The notes below the pieces were generated by a model, which saw only the letters and a list, made by a program, of their open reading frames with translations, did no database searches and was not told the DNA's origin. A program made the position numbers and the translations under genes. A stretch of DNA of 64,000 bases, taken from a bacterium. GTDB lineage: Bacteria; Zixibacteria; MSB-5A5; GN15; FEB-12. Below are positions 8,971 to 19,803 of the stretch, piece after piece; position 1 is the first letter of the stretch; every line of letters starts with the position of its first letter. Location: assembly GCA_030605565.1 (NCBI GenBank), contig JAUWIB010000062.1, forward strand, positions 4,141 through 68,140, written 5' to 3'.

Positions 8971-11900
8971 CCTGAGGCGAGCTCGGCTGAACCGACTTTA
9001 GAAATATAACAAAAAGGCTGCCTTTGTCAACCGGACACTCCAGTTCGATCCGGCCGCCGTACATTTCCACGATGCGTTTGACGATAGCCAGGCCCAGTCC
9101 GGTGCCTCGCGTCGGTTTGGTGCTGTAGAAAGGATCGAAGATTCTCGATCGGTGCTGTAGAGCTATGCCCGGGCCGCTGTCGGCGAATTGAATTCGGATG
9201 TATTCGTTTACGCCGGCAGCACTCACATCGATTCGCCGGGATGACACCTCCTCCAGCGCATCCAACGAGTTTACGAGCAGGTTGGAAAACAGGCTGTACA
9301 GGTGGTCACTACGACAACTGACAACGAGGTCATCTGCCACCTGCATGCTGACAGTTACCTTAAGATTCTTGATTCGTTCGGAATTCGCCTCGGCCACTTC
9401 CTCAAGTACAGGTCGCAGGGTAACCAGTTCAGTTTTTCGTTCAGTATCCAGCCGGGAATACTCGGTAACCAGATCAGTCATGCCGATGGCTCTGCCAACG
9501 GCGCTTTCAGCCAACATCAACAGCCGCTGGTTTCGCTCGATGTCATCAGGGGATGAATACTCCAACCGCTGGCTCAGCTTGGCCAGGCTGCTGGTGGCAG
9601 GGAAGAGAGCGTTGCATATCTCATGGGCCACGCCACCGGCGATCTGCCTGACCTGGTTATAGCGCTCGCGGTCGGCTTCCTTCAGACGTCGTTCGGCCTC
9701 TTTGTGTTCGGTTATGTCGTTGAACACGCCGAACATTGCCGGCTCGCCGTTAAACATGACTCTGCGCAAGGTAACCAGCGCCCAGAACATACTACCATCG
9801 GCTCGTCGACCGCGTATTTCCTGGTTGACGGCTGATCCGGTATCCCTGATCAGCCTCAGGATATTCTCTCTCTCTCGGGGATCGTCGTAGAGTTGCTCAG
9901 GTTTCATTCCGATCATGCGGTCACGAGGGTAACCAAGAGCCTGTTCAAACGAAGTATTAACGAAGACGATCTCCTCAGTGCTGACCTGTGTGATTACCAG
10001 TGGTATCGGCGTAGCCTCGGCGATCGTCCGAAAACGCTCTTCGCTCTCCCGGAGCGCCTCCTCGGCCCGCTTGCGATCGGTGATGTCGTTGGTCAGAATA
10101 ACCACTCGATCGACATTACCCTGCGGATCCTTGATGGCGTAAAAGTGCTGCGACAGCCAGAGGTGTTGGCGCTTTTGCGGGTCCTTGATCTCTATTTCGG
10201 GGATATGCAGATAGCCACCTTCTTCATAGACTCGCCTTACATCCGGGATCCATTGGCCCAGATAACTGTCACGCTCATCGAACTGAATTTCGGGCCTCTC
10301 TCTGGCCGTTTGGTCCCGACCGAGGTCCTCATCGCTCATCTTCCAGATCGTTTGCCAAGCTTCGTTGTAGGCCACCAATCTGCCGGTCCGATCACGCGCG
10401 GAGACACCGATGGGCGACTTCTCGATTATCGCGCGGTTGAATTCTTCGCTCTCCCTAAGTGCCTCCTGAGCCCGTTTGCGATCGGTGACATCGCGAAAGA
10501 ACCCTACTACCGCCTCGCGACCGTCAAGGACCAGTCGCACCGCGCTAACATTGGCGTAAATGATACTGCCATCCTTACGCAAGAGAGGCATTTCGATCAC
10601 AATCTTCTTGCGTCCCGCCGCAATCTGTTCGATCTCGGACAAAGCTGTTTTGACATACTTGCATGGGTAGATATTCTCGACACCAAGCTTCAGTAACTCC
10701 TCTCTTGAATACCCCAACAACCGATACATAGCTGGGTTGGTGTAGAGAACTCTGTGGGCGTGGATGTCGAGGGCCAGGATACCATCCAGGGCCGACTCGG
10801 TCAGTGAGGCAAGCCGCTGTTCACTCTCCCGCAGAGCATCTTCAGCTATCCTTTTTTCGGTGATGTCCTGACCGACCGCGATGGCCGTGAACTCGCTGGA
10901 GTCCGGGTAGAACAATGCCGAGGTGGACCACATAATCGTCCTCATCTCGCCGGACTTCGTCCTGAGAGGTCTCTCGTACGTGTCGCGGGGGTGCTGCCTG
11001 ACCCATTCGGCAAAGTTGTCAAGCACTTCGCGTCGATTCTCATCAGGCAGAAAGGTCTCCGGCCAGCGTTGGCCGATCACTTCCTCGCGAGAGTATCCAG
11101 TGACCTCCTCGCACCCTTTGTTGAACACCGTAATCCTCGCCTGATTGTCCAGACAGACAATCAGGCTATTAGCCGTGTCGAGCAGAGAGTGCACAAAGTG
11201 CCGCTCGCTTTCGAGGTCCCGTTTGGTTTCAACCAACTCGGTGATGTCATGGGCAATAGCCATCACCGCATCAATACGGCCGGACTCATCCATGACCGGC
11301 TGGATACTGGTCAGGTAACGATGTTTCCGCCCCTGCAACTCCGTTGCTGTCTCATTCGTGACTCCTTCGCCGCTGGAGAACACTTCTCTGACAGTAGCCA
11401 TCTGCGAATCTGCAATCTGTTTGGGGAACAGGTCCCACATCGTCTTGCCTTCGAAGTCGGACGGCTTCCCACCGAGGCGGGTGACTGCCACCTGGTTCAT
11501 GAACAAGAACTGACCATCCCGGTCTACACTGAAGATCGCCTCCTGCGCACTTTCGATAAGACTGCGATAACGACCCTCGCTCTTGGCCAGTTCTTGTTCG
11601 GCTCGCTTGCGCTCGGAGATGTCGCGGAATACGCCCTGTACTCCTGCTACGTGACCACGGCTGTCGCGGTAGAAAGCTGAGTTGGTGCTGACAATTACTG
11701 TGGAACCACCGCGCCGGCGGAGTTCCACTTCATAGTCGGTCACTTTTCCAGTCTTCTGGAGTTGCTCAAGCAGGTATTGGCGTTTCTGGGGATCGGCATA
11801 GATATCAGCAATCAGGTTGCCAACCAGGTCCTCTACATTGTCGTATCCCAGGATCATGGCCACTGCCGGCGATCCCCAGATGAGACGTCCTTCCCTGTCA

Positions 11901-13459
11901 GATCGGTAGAAAGCATCCTGACTGTTTTCAAAGAAATCATGCAGTCGTTCTTCGCTGAACGCCAGCCGGCGCACCGACCGTTGCCGCAAGGCATTCAGCA
12001 TCACCAGCGCCAGAATCAAGAGAGCGAGCGATGCAAGCACATAGTCACGGTACTGCCAGAACAGAATGCGAGCATAATCGGGAAAGGAGCGCCGTTTGAT
12101 GACGAACACCTGATCAAGGTTACCGCGCGTGGCCACAAAGTGGGTGACGTTGCCCCGATCATCCAGCACCAGGGGATGAAAGTTGACAAAACTCTCGTCA
12201 ATGTTTCCCAATTGCTCAAACTGATGGTCATAGATGGCTATTCCACCGCCGCTGCGAAAGAGATAAGCCGGGCGGTCCTGACCCTCCAGTCGGATCGTAT
12301 CGACAAAATGGTGCAGATTCGTCTGGTTGGATTCGGCCAGCAACTGAAGCGTAGTGTCGAAGATCCTGACGACGCCTCGGGAAGAAAGGGTGTGGAAACA
12401 GTGAGCATCATCAATTCCGTAGTCGTCCCACCAGGCGCTGACTATGCGGTCGGCTACATCGACCGACCCGATCAGATGGAAATCAGACTCCATCCTGGAC
12501 AACTGGTATCTTTGTGGCGACAGACTCCCACTGTCGCCGGGAAGCACCATTGGAAGAGCATGAAAAACATAGAACAGGCCGTCGCGTTCACCCGGCCAGA
12601 TTCCCTTGCCGCCGTGTTCTTCAGAAATAATTCGCTGGTGTACGATATCTCCGCGATTGTTCACCTTCGCCAGCCAGCAGAAGTTGTCGTCGAAGTTCTC
12701 ATCGGCGACACCATTCTTGAGATTGTAGGTGGCCAGGATCACTGCCGGGTTGACGGAATCGCGACAACTGTGGAAATTGGGAGCCGATATCGCACCCGCT
12801 ACCGGCAATGACCATTCGATCCGTCGAGTGTCGGGTTCCAGGCAGAACAGCACTCTCGGCTTGAGATCACGACCCGGTCCGACCCACAGGAAAACCTCAT
12901 CGTGCCCGTCGTAGTCGTAGTCATCGGTCAATAAGTAGGCAACGCTGCCTTCCCATCGTCCGTCACCAGTATGATCAACCCCGGTGGCCAGGAATATGAA
13001 GTCATAATGATCGGCGCCGGGAATACCAACCACCGCAAAGGCCGAATCATTGCGGTAACCAGCGCCGACAATCCCCCTGGCGCCCGAGGCGCTGTCGTGG
13101 TAGAAGCCGAAGTTGGTCAGTGTCAGGCGCAACGGATCCCAGTCAACCACCAGCTTTGGGGTGAACATCTCCAGGCTGAACACGGCCGGATCGTCGCGAT
13201 TGAGGTTGCTGTTGAAGGCGCGAATATAAAACGCTGTGTCGGACAGACCACGCTGCGGTTTCAGCACCTGTACCTGGTTCCCGACCGGTCTCTTGCGGAC
13301 CCCCCAGTCGTTGGATTGCTCTACTGTAAACGAGTACGGCAACAACTCCGGAGTGTCGGAAGACTCGATCTGTAGACTTTCGGCGCCGCAAACTGTGCTG
13401 CACAAGAACGATCCCACGGACAGAGCGACGAGGACGTATGTCATAAGGCATAGTCGCAT
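8942..13459 (-). CDS. Large sensor histidine kinase: extracytoplasmic domain, TM helix, 6 PAS/PAC, HisKA, HATPase
   Basis: Six SE.R....D.T.RKRAE PAS units, H-box GGVAHEICNAL, N/G boxes (NSLDA, DSGPG, GTGLGL). Start set at MRLCL (13459). Confidence 0.9.
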   Translation of the reverse strand: MRLCLMTYVLVALSVGSFLCSTVCGAESLQIESSDTPELLPYSFTVEQSNDWGVRKRPVGNQVQVLKPQRGLSDTAFYIRAFNSNLNRDDPAVFSLEMFTPKLVVDWDPLRLTLTNFGFYHDSASGARGIVGAGYRNDSAFAVVGIPGADHYDFIFLATGVDHTGDGRWEGSVAYLLTDDYDYDGHDEVFLWVGPGRDLKPRVLFCLEPDTRRIEWSLPVAGAISAPNFHSCRDSVNPAVILATYNLKNGVADENFDDNFCWLAKVNNRGDIVHQRIISEEHGGKGIWPGERDGLFYVFHALPMVLPGDSGSLSPQRYQLSRMESDFHLIGSVDVADRIVSAWWDDYGIDDAHCFHTLSSRGVVRIFDTTLQLLAESNQTNLHHFVDTIRLEGQDRPAYLFRSGGGIAIYDHQFEQLGNIDESFVNFHPLVLDDRGNVTHFVATRGNLDQVFVIKRRSFPDYARILFWQYRDYVLASLALLILALVMLNALRQRSVRRLAFSEERLHDFFENSQDAFYRSDREGRLIWGSPAVAMILGYDNVEDLVGNLIADIYADPQKRQYLLEQLQKTGKVTDYEVELRRRGGSTVIVSTNSAFYRDSRGHVAGVQGVFRDISERKRAEQELAKSEGRYRSLIESAQEAIFSVDRDGQFLFMNQVAVTRLGGKPSDFEGKTMWDLFPKQIADSQMATVREVFSSGEGVTNETATELQGRKHRYLTSIQPVMDESGRIDAVMAIAHDITELVETKRDLESERHFVHSLLDTANSLIVCLDNQARITVFNKGCEEVTGYSREEVIGQRWPETFLPDENRREVLDNFAEWVRQHPRDTYERPLRTKSGEMRTIMWSTSALFYPDSSEFTAIAVGQDITEKRIAEDALRESEQRLASLTESALDGILALDIHAHRVLYTNPAMYRLLGYSREELLKLGVENIYPCKYVKTALSEIEQIAAGRKKIVIEMPLLRKDGSIIYANVSAVRLVLDGREAVVGFFRDVTDRKRAQEALRESEEFNRAIIEKSPIGVSARDRTGRLVAYNEAWQTIWKMSDEDLGRDQTARERPEIQFDERDSYLGQWIPDVRRVYEEGGYLHIPEIEIKDPQKRQHLWLSQHFYAIKDPQGNVDRVVILTNDITDRKRAEEALRESEERFRTIAEATPIPLVITQVSTEEIVFVNTSFEQALGYPRDRMIGMKPEQLYDDPRERENILRLIRDTGSAVNQEIRGRRADGSMFWALVTLRRVMFNGEPAMFGVFNDITEHKEAERRLKEADRERYNQVRQIAGGVAHEICNALFPATSSLAKLSQRLEYSSPDDIERNQRLLMLAESAVGRAIGMTDLVTEYSRLDTERKTELVTLRPVLEEVAEANSERIKNLKVTVSMQVADDLVVSCRSDHLYSLFSNLLVNSLDALEEVSSRRIDVSAAGVNEYIRIQFADSGPGIALQHRSRIFDPFYSTKPTRGTGLGLAIVKRIVEMYGGRIELECPVDKGSLFVIFLKSVQPSSPQGDDYNGKNR

Positions 13460-13547
13460 AGATAGGTGCAAGATAGCCGATTCACCCGACAAAAGCAACC
13501 CAGAGAACACCTTGTGTGGGATTGATGTCGACCTGCGAACGCAGGTC

Positions 13548-16500
13548 CTACCGTACCGAGTGTTTCAGTCGCCGTTCGGCAACAGCGCAATACAGCGTGG
13601 GCGCCAAGAAGACCGTGATCAACACCACCGTCATACCGCCGAAGGACGGGATAGCCATCGGAACCATGATGTCGGCCCCGCGGCCGGTTGACGTCAGCAC
13701 CGGGATGAGAGCCAGGATAGTGGTGCCGGCCGTCATCAAGGCCGGACGAATGCGGCGCTTGCCGGCCAGGATCGTAGCTTCGCGGATTCGCTCGATACTA
13801 TCCGGTTTCTTCTGGGCGAAAACCTGATTGAGGTAGGTCGAGATGATTACACCGTCGTCGCTGGCGATGCCGAACAGCGCCAGGAAGCCCACCCAAACCG
13901 CCACTGACAGGTTGTAGGCGCGTACCTGGAACACCTCGCGCCATTCCATGCCGAACCACGAGAAGTTCAGAAACCAATCCTGTCCATATAACCACAGCAT
14001 CAGAAAACCACCCGACCAGGCTACAAAGATACCTGAGAAAACCAGCAGGGCGGTAGGGACGTTCTTGAACTGAAAATAGAGAATGAGAAAAATGATCAAC
14101 AGAGCCAGCGGCAGCACTACCATCAGTTTCTTCTCGGAGCGTACCTGGTTTTCATAGCTTCCGGCGAAAGTGAAGCTCACTCCGGCCGGGATGTCCAAAT
14201 CACCGTCGGCGATTTTGCCATTGAGAAAACTCTGCGCCGCCTCAACGACGTCCACTTCGGCGTAGTCCGGCTTCTTGTCGAAAATGACATAGCCGACTAG
14301 GAAGGTATCCTCGGACTTGATCACCATCGGTCCCCGCCGGAATTTGATCTCGGCCAACTGCCCCAGCGGGATTTGTGTGCCGTCGGGGGCTCCGATCAGT
14401 ATCTTCTCAAGCGTTTCGATACTATTGCGCAATTCACGCTGATAGCGCACGCGGACCGAGTAGCGTTCACGACCCTCAATGGTCGTGGTCAGTTGTTTGC
14501 CACCGACGGCCACCTCGATAATGTCCTGCAGTTGCTTCATGTGGATTCCGTAACGGGCGATGGCTTCACGGTCGATGTCGATCTCGAGATACGGTTTGCC
14601 GACGATGCGATCAGCGATGACGGTATTGCCCTCGACCGACGGCACCTCCTTCAGCAATCGCTCGATATCAAAGCCGACCTTCTCGATAGATTCCAGGTCG
14701 GGACCCTTGATCTTGACGCCCATGGGCGCCCGCATCCCGGACTGAAGCATGACGATTCGTGCGGCGATAGGCTGCAGCTTCGGTGCGCCGGTGGCGCCGG
14801 GTAGTTTCGCTACTCTCGTGAGTTCTTTCCAGATGTCGTCGGGAGATTTGATGTGATCGCGCCACTGCCGGTACGGTTTGCCGTCTTCATCGGGGATAGG
14901 TTCGCCGAATTCATCGAGCACGAACTGTTCCTGCTCATCATCATATTTGAATTTCAGCAGGTGGCCATTTCGGTCGACGCGATACTCCGGCTTGTAATTG
15001 ATTACCGTCTCTACCATCGAGATCGGAGCCGGGTCTAACGGTGACTCCACCCGGCCGATCTTACCCACGACCGATTCCACCTCAGGGACACTACTGAACG
15101 CTTTGTCCTGAAACTGCAAAACGTCGAGCGCCTCGCCAATGGAGGCGTGCGGCATGGTCGTCGGCATGTACAGGAACGAACCTTCGTCGAGGTCCGGCAT
15201 GAACTCTTTACCCAGCCCCGGGAGAGTATGATTAAGTCCCGTATAAATCGAACTTGACCGCACCAAGTCCGGTACGAATCCGAAGATACGATCAAACCCC
15301 AGCCAGACCGATGCGCCAAACACAATCAGAAACGCAGGCAGCATCAAAAAGAGCAACTTGTTGGCCAAACACCAGCGCAGGATCGGTTCGTAGTAGTGCT
15401 GAAGGAGCCATAACAAGAACAGGATACCACCCAGCAGAACCGCTACAAAACCAAAGTTCGCCGCCACGCCCGCTTGAATACCTAACGGCATCCAGTGTTT
15501 TGTCAGCACGACAGCAACGACCAGCACGATCAGATAGTTGAGCAGGCCAGGCAGTCGGTCGTTCAGACGTTGAGGAATACGGGCTCTAAACTGGAAATAG
15601 GCCGCCGCCAGAAAGAGCGCCACTCCGGTGAAATACATCGACCAGGTGAAGGCGGCAACACCAACGATCAACAGAACTACCGAAGGTATTCTGGACGTCC
15701 CCATACCGGCGCGTCGCTTGAACAACAGATGCGCCAGGGGTGGTATTATCGTCAGAGCTACGACTACCGACGCCAGTAAGGCGAAGGTCTTGGTGTAGGC
15801 CAGCGGTTTGAACAACTTCCCTTCGGCCGCTTCCATAGCGAAGACCGGCAGGAACGACACTACCGTGGTGGAGATCGCCGTCAGCACCGCGCCCCCGACT
15901 TCCGAGACCGCCTTGAATATGACATCACGCGTTCGGGCGCCCTCAGGCGCCGCGTCGAGGTGCCTGAGGATGTTCTCGGTGACGACTACCCCCATGTCGA
16001 CAATTGTCCCGATAGCGATAGCTATCCCCGATAGGGCCACAATGTTGGCGTCGACATTGAACAGCTTCATGGCTATGAACACCATCAGCACCGTCAGCGG
16101 AAGCAGACCGGAGATCAGGAGGGAACTGCGAAGGTGCATCACCATGATGATGACCACAATAATGGTCACCAGAATTTCGTCGACCAGAGCGCGGTTCAAT
16201 GTGCCTAACGTCTCATGTATCAGGCCGGTGCGATCGTAGAACGGAACAACCTTCACCTGCGAAACGGTGCCGTCGGGAAGTGTCTTCCTGGGCAGACCGG
16301 GGGATATCTCCTCAATCTTCTTCTTGACGTTTTTGATAGCCGCGAGGGGATTCTCGCCGAAGCGCACGACGACCACGCCGCCCACCGCTTCAGCGCCGCC
16401 CTTGTCGAGTGCGCCGCGCCGCATGGCTGGACCCAGCGTCACTGTGGCCACATCCTTGATCCGTACCGGTACCGCCGAAGACAGTTTGACGACACTGTTC

Positions 16501-17327
16501 TCGATATCCTGAAGACTCTCGATAAGGCCGAGACCGCGCACCACGTATTCGACGCGGTTGATTTCAATCGTCCGGGCGCCAACATCTACGTTGGACATCC
16601 TCACCGCCTGGAACACATCGGTCAGCGTCACGCCGTGCGCTCGGAGGGCGTCGGGGTCGACGTCGATTTGATACTCCTGGACAAAGCCGCCGATGGATGC
16701 GACTTCCGCCACACCGTCGGCCGACTGTAAAGCATACCGCACCGTCCAGTCCTGAATTGAACGGAGTTCGTGCAAGTCCCATCCGCCGGTGGGACGATCC
16801 TGCTCGTCACGTCCTTCAAGCGTGTACCAGAAAACCTGGCCGAGGGCGGTTGCGTCGGGACCAAGCGTCGCCTGCACCCCCGGCGGCAGCGTTCCGGGTG
16901 GCAACGAGTTCAGCTTCTCCAACAAACGTGAACGTGACCAGTAGAATTCCACGTCTTCTTTGAATATGACATAGATACTTGAAAAGCCGAAGAAGGAGTA
17001 ACTGCGAATTGTCTTGACGCCGGGAATCCCCAGGAGCGAGGTTGTCAGAGGATAGGTTATCTGGTCTTCAATGTCCTGGGGCGAACGACCCATCCACCGG
17101 GTAAAAACGATCTGCTGGTTCTCGCCGATGTCCGGAATGGCATCCACCGGCACCGGATCGCGCGGCAGACCACCGAGGTCCCAGTCGAACGGCGCCACCA
17201 TGATACCCCAGGCCACGAAGGCCAGGGTGACCAGAGTCACCACCAGCTTGTTGTCGAGGCAGTAGGCGATGGCACGGTCAAGCAGCGATCGGCGCGCCGG
17301 ATCAGGTTGAGGTGAGAGAGTGTTCAT
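13548..17327 (-). CDS. cusA: CusA/CzcA-family heavy-metal RND efflux permease
   Basis: DAIPDIGENQQIVFT, LGPDATALGQVF, IAIGTIVD, GEALDVLQ, AWSGG, RIRPALMTA, PMAIPSFGG. Confidence 0.9.
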   Translation of the reverse strand: MNTLSPQPDPARRSLLDRAIAYCLDNKLVVTLVTLAFVAWGIMVAPFDWDLGGLPRDPVPVDAIPDIGENQQIVFTRWMGRSPQDIEDQITYPLTTSLLGIPGVKTIRSYSFFGFSSIYVIFKEDVEFYWSRSRLLEKLNSLPPGTLPPGVQATLGPDATALGQVFWYTLEGRDEQDRPTGGWDLHELRSIQDWTVRYALQSADGVAEVASIGGFVQEYQIDVDPDALRAHGVTLTDVFQAVRMSNVDVGARTIEINRVEYVVRGLGLIESLQDIENSVVKLSSAVPVRIKDVATVTLGPAMRRGALDKGGAEAVGGVVVVRFGENPLAAIKNVKKKIEEISPGLPRKTLPDGTVSQVKVVPFYDRTGLIHETLGTLNRALVDEILVTIIVVIIMVMHLRSSLLISGLLPLTVLMVFIAMKLFNVDANIVALSGIAIAIGTIVDMGVVVTENILRHLDAAPEGARTRDVIFKAVSEVGGAVLTAISTTVVSFLPVFAMEAAEGKLFKPLAYTKTFALLASVVVALTIIPPLAHLLFKRRAGMGTSRIPSVVLLIVGVAAFTWSMYFTGVALFLAAAYFQFRARIPQRLNDRLPGLLNYLIVLVVAVVLTKHWMPLGIQAGVAANFGFVAVLLGGILFLLWLLQHYYEPILRWCLANKLLFLMLPAFLIVFGASVWLGFDRIFGFVPDLVRSSSIYTGLNHTLPGLGKEFMPDLDEGSFLYMPTTMPHASIGEALDVLQFQDKAFSSVPEVESVVGKIGRVESPLDPAPISMVETVINYKPEYRVDRNGHLLKFKYDDEQEQFVLDEFGEPIPDEDGKPYRQWRDHIKSPDDIWKELTRVAKLPGATGAPKLQPIAARIVMLQSGMRAPMGVKIKGPDLESIEKVGFDIERLLKEVPSVEGNTVIADRIVGKPYLEIDIDREAIARYGIHMKQLQDIIEVAVGGKQLTTTIEGRERYSVRVRYQRELRNSIETLEKILIGAPDGTQIPLGQLAEIKFRRGPMVIKSEDTFLVGYVIFDKKPDYAEVDVVEAAQSFLNGKIADGDLDIPAGVSFTFAGSYENQVRSEKKLMVVLPLALLIIFLILYFQFKNVPTALLVFSGIFVAWSGGFLMLWLYGQDWFLNFSWFGMEWREVFQVRAYNLSVAVWVGFLALFGIASDDGVIISTYLNQVFAQKKPDSIERIREATILAGKRRIRPALMTAGTTILALIPVLTSTGRGADIMVPMAIPSFGGMTVVLITVFLAPTLYCAVAERRLKHSVR

Positions 17328-17333
17328 ACCGGA

Positions 17334-19259
17334 TCAGTTCCCCATCTTCATAGCAACCGTTTCGTCTCTTATTTCACCACAGCGAAGCATCGCTGCGCCG
17401 AAGTACGGGTTGTTGATGATGCTGCCGGTCTGTAACCAAAGAGCGCCTCTGTTGCCGAACGCCATCGGACAAAACGCGAGATAGTAGGTGCGTTCATCGG
17501 CATGGCCGAACTTGTTGTGCAGTTCGATGATACTGTTCGACACCAACTCAAACGAGGTTCGCACTTTCTCAATATCCATTCCGGCAGCCGCCGCAACAGC
17601 GTGCTTGGCGATGTCGTTCGACAGTTCCATCCACAGCATGTGGGCGTCCCCTTCGAAAAGTTTCATGTTGATGGCGTTGATCTCAGCAGCAATGTTGTCG
17701 GCTGCCTGGGTCGCAGCCTCGAGGTCGTCGTCGGCCAGCGCTGCCTGAAGCCGAAAGTAGGCGTCGTACGTATCGGTGAGCGTCATGACCGCCTGATGAC
17801 TTATGGCGACAGCCTCAACGAGCTTGCTTTCGTGCGCGGCAGCAACCGGTGCGGCGCCTTGTCCGCCGTGGTCGTGACCGGGAGGCGGTGCGCCGCCTTC
17901 CGGGGACATCATGCTCGGTTTGGCATGAATCTGCAGTTCGGCATCGATCTTAAAGGCGCCGTTGGTGACAACCATTTCTCCTTCACGCAATCCCTCTTTG
18001 ACGATGTAGAAATCGCCGGCGCGCGGACCGAGCAGGATTTCTCGTCCTTCGAACAACCGATCGTCATCGTGAGGCAACTCCACATAGACCACGGCGCGCT
18101 TGCCGGTAATCAGTGGTGCTGTCGCCGGAACTAACAGAGGAGCTTCCGCATTGTGGGTGCCGCTCGTCACCTTCACCACGCCATCAGCATCGAGTTGGGC
18201 CGTGACTACACCATGCGTGAACATGCCGGGTTTGAGCCGGCCGCCGCTGTTGTCAACTTCGGCGCGAACTCTGGTGGTGCGCGTCTTCGTGCTCAGCATC
18301 GGATCGATAAACGTGATGGCTGCTTCGAACTGTTCACCGGGGAATGACTTGGCAGTGAATGCTACCTTCTGACCGACTTTCAGCCAGGGCAGGTCTGTTT
18401 CGTAGGCATCGAAAATCACCCAGAGCTTCGACAAATCGGCAATCGTGAACAGGCGAGTGCCGGGAGTGACATACATCCCTTCCAGAGCGTTCTTGTGGAT
18501 CACGATTCCCGACGCAGGCGAAAAGATAGTGAGATGATCCTCCGCAGCGTCTCTCTTTTCGATAGCCGCGACCTGCTGATCGGTCAACCCGTACAACCGA
18601 AGTTTCTCACGGGCTGCTTCCAACGTCGTTTGGGCCGTTGCTTTCAACAGCCGACCACCATCACTCGTCGACGATACGGCGCGCAGTGCCTGGATCAACT
18701 CCTCCTGGGTTGCCAATAACTCCGGAGAGTACATCGTAACTAATGGCTCCCCATTCTTGACCGTGGCGCCGGTGAAGTCGATATGCAACTTGTCCAACCG
18801 TCCCGGCGCCCAGGCTGTGATGTACGACAGACGCCTTTCATCGTAGGTCAACCGTCCGAACAAACGCACCTCGGCTTCAGCAACGGCGCGCCGCACCGGT
18901 TCCGTCTGGATTTGAGCCAGCTTGGCGGCTGTCGCTGTCAGGCTCAGTTGGTTGGGGTCTATCGATTCATCACCGCCGGATTCGAGCGGTATGAGATCCA
19001 TGAAACAGATCGGACACTTGCCCGCCGTGGGCAGTTGGATCTGCGGATGCATCGAACAGGTCCAGGTGGTAGATTCATCGGCGGCATGAGCGTGACCTTC
19101 CGACATAGCCTCTTGCAACGACGGAGTTCCACTGTCGCCGGATAGCCGGTAGCCAAGGGAAAACGTCAGTGCGATCAGAACAATGAATCCCATCAGTCCC
19201 ACCCCACGCCGCGGAATGAAACCGAGTAATCTGCCAATGAATGAGCCTGAACCAGTCAT
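17334..19259 (-). CDS. cusB: CusB-like RND periplasmic adaptor with a heavy-metal-binding domain and a C-terminal DUF3347-like domain
   Basis: WTCSMHPQI..GKCPICFMDL, YSPELLATQEE, LKPGMF, GGHDH linker, CPMAFGNRGALWLQ...NPYFGAAML.CG. Confidence 0.85.
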   Translation of the reverse strand: MTGSGSFIGRLLGFIPRRGVGLMGFIVLIALTFSLGYRLSGDSGTPSLQEAMSEGHAHAADESTTWTCSMHPQIQLPTAGKCPICFMDLIPLESGGDESIDPNQLSLTATAAKLAQIQTEPVRRAVAEAEVRLFGRLTYDERRLSYITAWAPGRLDKLHIDFTGATVKNGEPLVTMYSPELLATQEELIQALRAVSSTSDGGRLLKATAQTTLEAAREKLRLYGLTDQQVAAIEKRDAAEDHLTIFSPASGIVIHKNALEGMYVTPGTRLFTIADLSKLWVIFDAYETDLPWLKVGQKVAFTAKSFPGEQFEAAITFIDPMLSTKTRTTRVRAEVDNSGGRLKPGMFTHGVVTAQLDADGVVKVTSGTHNAEAPLLVPATAPLITGKRAVVYVELPHDDDRLFEGREILLGPRAGDFYIVKEGLREGEMVVTNGAFKIDAELQIHAKPSMMSPEGGAPPPGHDHGGQGAAPVAAAHESKLVEAVAISHQAVMTLTDTYDAYFRLQAALADDDLEAATQAADNIAAEINAINMKLFEGDAHMLWMELSNDIAKHAVAAAAGMDIEKVRTSFELVSNSIIELHNKFGHADERTYYLAFCPMAFGNRGALWLQTGSIINNPYFGAAMLRCGEIRDETVAMKMGN

Positions 19260-19286
19260 AATGTCAATTCCTCATTAACCCAGTCG

Positions 19287-19772
19287 TTAGTGGTTGTGCC
19301 CTTCGTGGCCTTGTTCCTTCTTGACTGCCTCGTCACCGGCCGGTTTGTCCAGAAGGGTGAGGTACTTCTGAGGGTCCTTCTCGAACATGTCGGCGCAATC
19401 CTCGCAGCAGAAATATACTCGGCGACCCTCGAAATCCGCGAACACAGATTTCTCTTCCAACTTCTCACCTGAAACCGGGCAGACCTCCTGAATGTTCTCG
19501 AACAACACACTCTCGGCGGCCGCCTTTTGGAAATACTTGTCGGGGTCCTTCTGCATCGGCTTGATACATCCGGCGCAGCAAAGATACACCCGCTGCCCCT
19601 GGATGTCGGTGTAAATGGTTGAATCGATCTTGCCCCCCATAACGGGGCAGATAGTCTGTGCCTTTAATTCCGGCGCCTTGGCCGTATCGGCCGGCTTGGC
19701 ATCGTCAGCTGCAACCGCCACTGACAGGGTCAAGAGCAGCACCGCAATCGTGAGTAAGGTTTTTGTAAGCAT
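19287..19772 (-). CDS. Secreted protein with two YHS/TRASH metal-binding domains
   Basis: Signal peptide; two CPVxG...YxCCxxC...DPxKY units; His-rich C-terminus GHEGHNH; AAGGAG RBS before ATG 19772. Confidence 0.85.
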   Translation of the reverse strand: MLTKTLLTIAVLLLTLSVAVAADDAKPADTAKAPELKAQTICPVMGGKIDSTIYTDIQGQRVYLCCAGCIKPMQKDPDKYFQKAAAESVLFENIQEVCPVSGEKLEEKSVFADFEGRRVYFCCEDCADMFEKDPQKYLTLLDKPAGDEAVKKEQGHEGHNH

Positions 19773-19803
19773 TAGTAATCTCCTTAGGTTTTGATGGTCA
19801 AAA

